Source: Psychrobacter sp. DM4 (GTDB taxonomy: Bacteria; Pseudomonadota; Gammaproteobacteria; Pseudomonadales; Moraxellaceae). From it: a stretch of 32,000 bases of DNA. Positions 29,434-32,000 of the stretch are shown piece after piece. Position numbers and translations under genes: made by a program. The notes under the pieces are model-generated. The model made no database searches and had not been told where the DNA came from. It saw only the letters and a program-made list of their open reading frames with translations. Within the stretch, counting starts at the first letter, position 1. Each line of letters starts with the position of its first letter. The stretch covers positions 2,610,001 to 2,642,000 of the forward strand of contig NZ_CP195536.1 of assembly GCF_051307035.1 (NCBI RefSeq), given 5' to 3'.

Positions 29434-30315
29434 TTATGAAACAGCGGCAGCACCACCAACGATTTCCGAGATCTCTCGGGTAATCGCAGCTTGACGCAGC
29501 TTGTTATAAACCAGTTGTAAATCGTTAATTAAATCACCAGCATTATCAGTCGCAGCTTTCATCGCAACCATACGTGAAGACTGCTCAGAGGCAACGTTTT
29601 CCATGACCGCTTGATACACAATCGACTCGATATAACGTCCAAGCAAATCATCAATCAAAGTTTTGATGTCAGGCTCGTAGATATAATCCCAGCTAAGCTC
29701 TGTCTGTATGCCGCTCTCTTCGTCGCCAAAGGCACCTTCAGGTAGAGGTACTAGCTGATTGATAGTTGGCTTTTGAGTCATTGCATTAACGAACTTGTTA
29801 TAAACCACATAAATGCGATCTATCTTACCTTGACTATAGTCATCGAGCATTGCTTGCACGGGTGCATTGATCTGCTCAAAAGTAGGCTTGTCACCATAAT
29901 CAGTTACTGCTGAGGTTACCTTACCGCCAAAACTCTTAAAGAAACTGACGCCTTTTGCACCGATAACCGCAAATTCAGCTTGCACAGACTGATCTTGATA
30001 TTCTTTAATGCTTTTAGACAACGCTTTAAACAAGTTAATATTCAAACCGCCCGCAAGACCACGGTCAGAGGTGATAACGATATAGCCGACCTTTTCGACG
30101 GGACGCGATACCATATAAGGGTGTTTGTAATCTGATGAGGCATGTACTAAATGTGAGATAACCCGGCGCATACTGTCAGCATACGGGCGACCCACGTCCA
30201 TGCGCTCTTGAGCACGACGCATTTTACTCGCCGCTACCATTTGCATAGCACGAGTAATCTTCTGGGTGCTTTTAATACTGGTGACTTTGGCACGTATTTC
30301 TTTTAAGCTTGCCAT
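29434..30315 (-). CDS. atpG: F0F1 ATP synthase subunit gamma
   Basis: [36 protein letters not shown] ... [27 protein letters not shown]. Confidence 0.97.
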   Translation of the reverse strand: MASLKEIRAKVTSIKSTQKITRAMQMVAASKMRRAQERMDVGRPYADSMRRVISHLVHASSDYKHPYMVSRPVEKVGYIVITSDRGLAGGLNINLFKALSKSIKEYQDQSVQAEFAVIGAKGVSFFKSFGGKVTSAVTDYGDKPTFEQINAPVQAMLDDYSQGKIDRIYVVYNKFVNAMTQKPTINQLVPLPEGAFGDEESGIQTELSWDYIYEPDIKTLIDDLLGRYIESIVYQAVMENVASEQSSRMVAMKAATDNAGDLINDLQLVYNKLRQAAITREISEIVGGAAAVS

Positions 30316-30492
30316 AATGATTCCAATATAAGTGGGTTAAAAGCATTAGCAAATGCAACAATAAATCGATGTAAAATCATACTTATAATCAAAAATATTT
30401 ATAAACAGTTTAGCATCTTGTAGCACTACATGGTCACATAAGGCTGGTTGCATCGATAGAGACAACCAACCAAACCGGCTCAACCCGTTAAA

Positions 30493-32000
30493 TTAATAAC
30501 TGTGGTTTTGTTTAAAAGTCTCAACTGCCAACTTTAAGCGACCTGCAATATCATCATTGTAGTTTGCAGTGTCATCAATCTCTTTCATCAAGTCGCTTTG
30601 CACATCATGCATATAACGCAAGTAAGCTTCTTCAAAGGCACCGATCTTCTCTACTGGCACATCGGATAAGAACCCTTCGTTTGAGGCATAGATAACGGCC
30701 GCTTGCTCTGAGATTGACATCGGCTGATACTGTTTTTGCTTCATCAGTTCAGTCACACGCTCACCATGATCAAGCTGTTCGCGTGTCGCATCATCAAGAT
30801 CTGATGCAAACTGAGCAAATGCTGCCAGTTCACGATACTGAGCGAGAGCGGTACGGATACCACCAGAGAGCTTTTTGATGATCTTAGTCTGAGCTGCACC
30901 ACCAACACGCGATACCGAGATACCAGCATTAACAGCTGGACGGATACCTGAGTTAAATAGGCTTGACTCTAAGAATATCTGGCCATCGGTGATCGAAATT
31001 ACGTTAGTCGGTACGAATGCTGACACGTCACCCGCTTGAGTTTCGATAATTGGCAATGCGGTTAACGAGCCTGTTTTACCGACTACTTCACCATTAGTAA
31101 AATTCTCTACGTAGTTCGCGTTGACGCGTGATGCACGCTCAAGCAAGCGTGAGTGTAAGTAGAAAACATCCCCTGGATAAGCTTCACGACCTGGTGGACG
31201 ACGTAGCAAAAGTGAAATCTGACGATAAGCAACAGCTTGCTTAGACAAGTCATCAAATACAATCAGTGCATCTTCACCGCGGTCACGGAAATATTCGCCC
31301 ATTGTACAACCTGAGTATGGTGCGATGTACTGTAGTGCAGCAGGCTCTGATGCTGAAGCAACAACGACAGTCGTATATGCCAGTGCACCTGTTTGCTCAA
31401 GCTTACGTACGACGTTAGCAATCGTAGAGCGTTTCTGACCGATAGCTACGTAGACACACTTAATGCCAGATGATTTTTGCGCGATGATCGCATCGATAGC
31501 CATCGCCGTTTTACCCGTCTGACGATCACCAATAATAAGCTCACGCTGACCACGACCAATTGGAATCATCGTATCAACGGCTTTATAACCCGTCATTACA
31601 GGTTGATCAACTGATTGACGATCAATAACGCCTGGAGCGATTTTTTCGACTTTATCAGTCATTTTGGCATCGATAGGACCTTTGCCATCAATAGGATTAC
31701 CTAAGGCATCAACAACGCGGCCAAGCAACTCAGGACCTACTGGTACTTCTAGAATACGACCTGTACAGTAAGCTTTTTGACCTTCTTGTAACTTCAAGAA
31801 ATCACCAAGCACAACTGCGCCAACAGAATCACGCTCTAAGTTAAGCGCCATTCCGTAGATTTCGCCTTCAAACTCAATCATTTCGCCGTACATGGCATCT
31901 TCAAGACCATGAATTTGCACGATACCGTCAGATACTTTGACAATAGTGCCTTCATTTTTTGCAGTTGCACCTGCATCAAGGTCTTGAATACGCTGCTTAA
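30493..32000 (-). CDS. atpA: F0F1 ATP synthase subunit alpha (N-terminus runs off the right edge)
   Basis: Walker [25 protein letters not shown] and [27 protein letters not shown]. The frame stays open from 31920 to the window end, so only about the first dozen codons are missing. Confidence 0.97.
   Translation of the reverse strand, partial: KQRIQDLDAGATAKNEGTIVKVSDGIVQIHGLEDAMYGEMIEFEGEIYGMALNLERDSVGAVVLGDFLKLQEGQKAYCTGRILEVPVGPELLGRVVDALGNPIDGKGPIDAKMTDKVEKIAPGVIDRQSVDQPVMTGYKAVDTMIPIGRGQRELIIGDRQTGKTAMAIDAIIAQKSSGIKCVYVAIGQKRSTIANVVRKLEQTGALAYTTVVVASASEPAALQYIAPYSGCTMGEYFRDRGEDALIVFDDLSKQAVAYRQISLLLRRPPGREAYPGDVFYLHSRLLERASRVNANYVENFTNGEVVGKTGSLTALPIIETQAGDVSAFVPTNVISITDGQIFLESSLFNSGIRPAVNAGISVSRVGGAAQTKIIKKLSGGIRTALAQYRELAAFAQFASDLDDATREQLDHGERVTELMKQKQYQPMSISEQAAVIYASNEGFLSDVPVEKIGAFEEAYLRYMHDVQSDLMKEIDDTANYNDDIAGRLKLAVETFKQNHSY

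Overview
This window reads as a chromosomal core region of a Moraxellaceae-type gammaproteobacterium. The gene content, the AT-leaning composition and a BfmR/BfmS-like two-component pair suggest a Psychrobacter or Acinetobacter relative, but the taxon is inference only. Gene order from left to right: pheT (5' part), pheS, rplT and rpmI on the minus strand; a TTG-initiated hotdog-fold ORF; a fused hisIE followed by tatA-tatB-tatC; a stand-alone compact SF1 (UvrD-like) helicase; dusC; an OsmC-family plus MAPEG pair; rppH; a DUF4139 (MuiA-like) to NRDE two-gene unit; lgt-thyA-folA; an HNH-motif ORF directly upstream of uvrC; a DUF4442 hotdog ORF; rpsP-rimM-trmD-rplS; an orphan envZ-type kinase; a BfmR/BfmS (RstAB-like) pair with a 59-aa membrane ORF that falls just under the ORF-track cutoff; and atpA (cut by the right edge), atpG, atpD and atpC. 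I found no tRNA or rRNA gene, CRISPR array, transposase, integrase or recognisable defence or toxin cassette. I see no convincing evidence of a novel multi-gene system here. The points most worth a second look are modest. They are the solitary helicase with a 3 x 28-bp tandem repeat on its start, the split bfmR/bfmS locus (intrinsic terminator in a ~285-bp spacer, with small hydrophobic ORFs on either side of bfmS), the DUF4139-NRDE pair, the HNH ORF in the position usually held by uvrY/gacA, and several short tandem-repeat arrays and palindromes in intergenic DNA. All protein calls rest on reading motifs in the supplied translations and on synteny. No database search was run.
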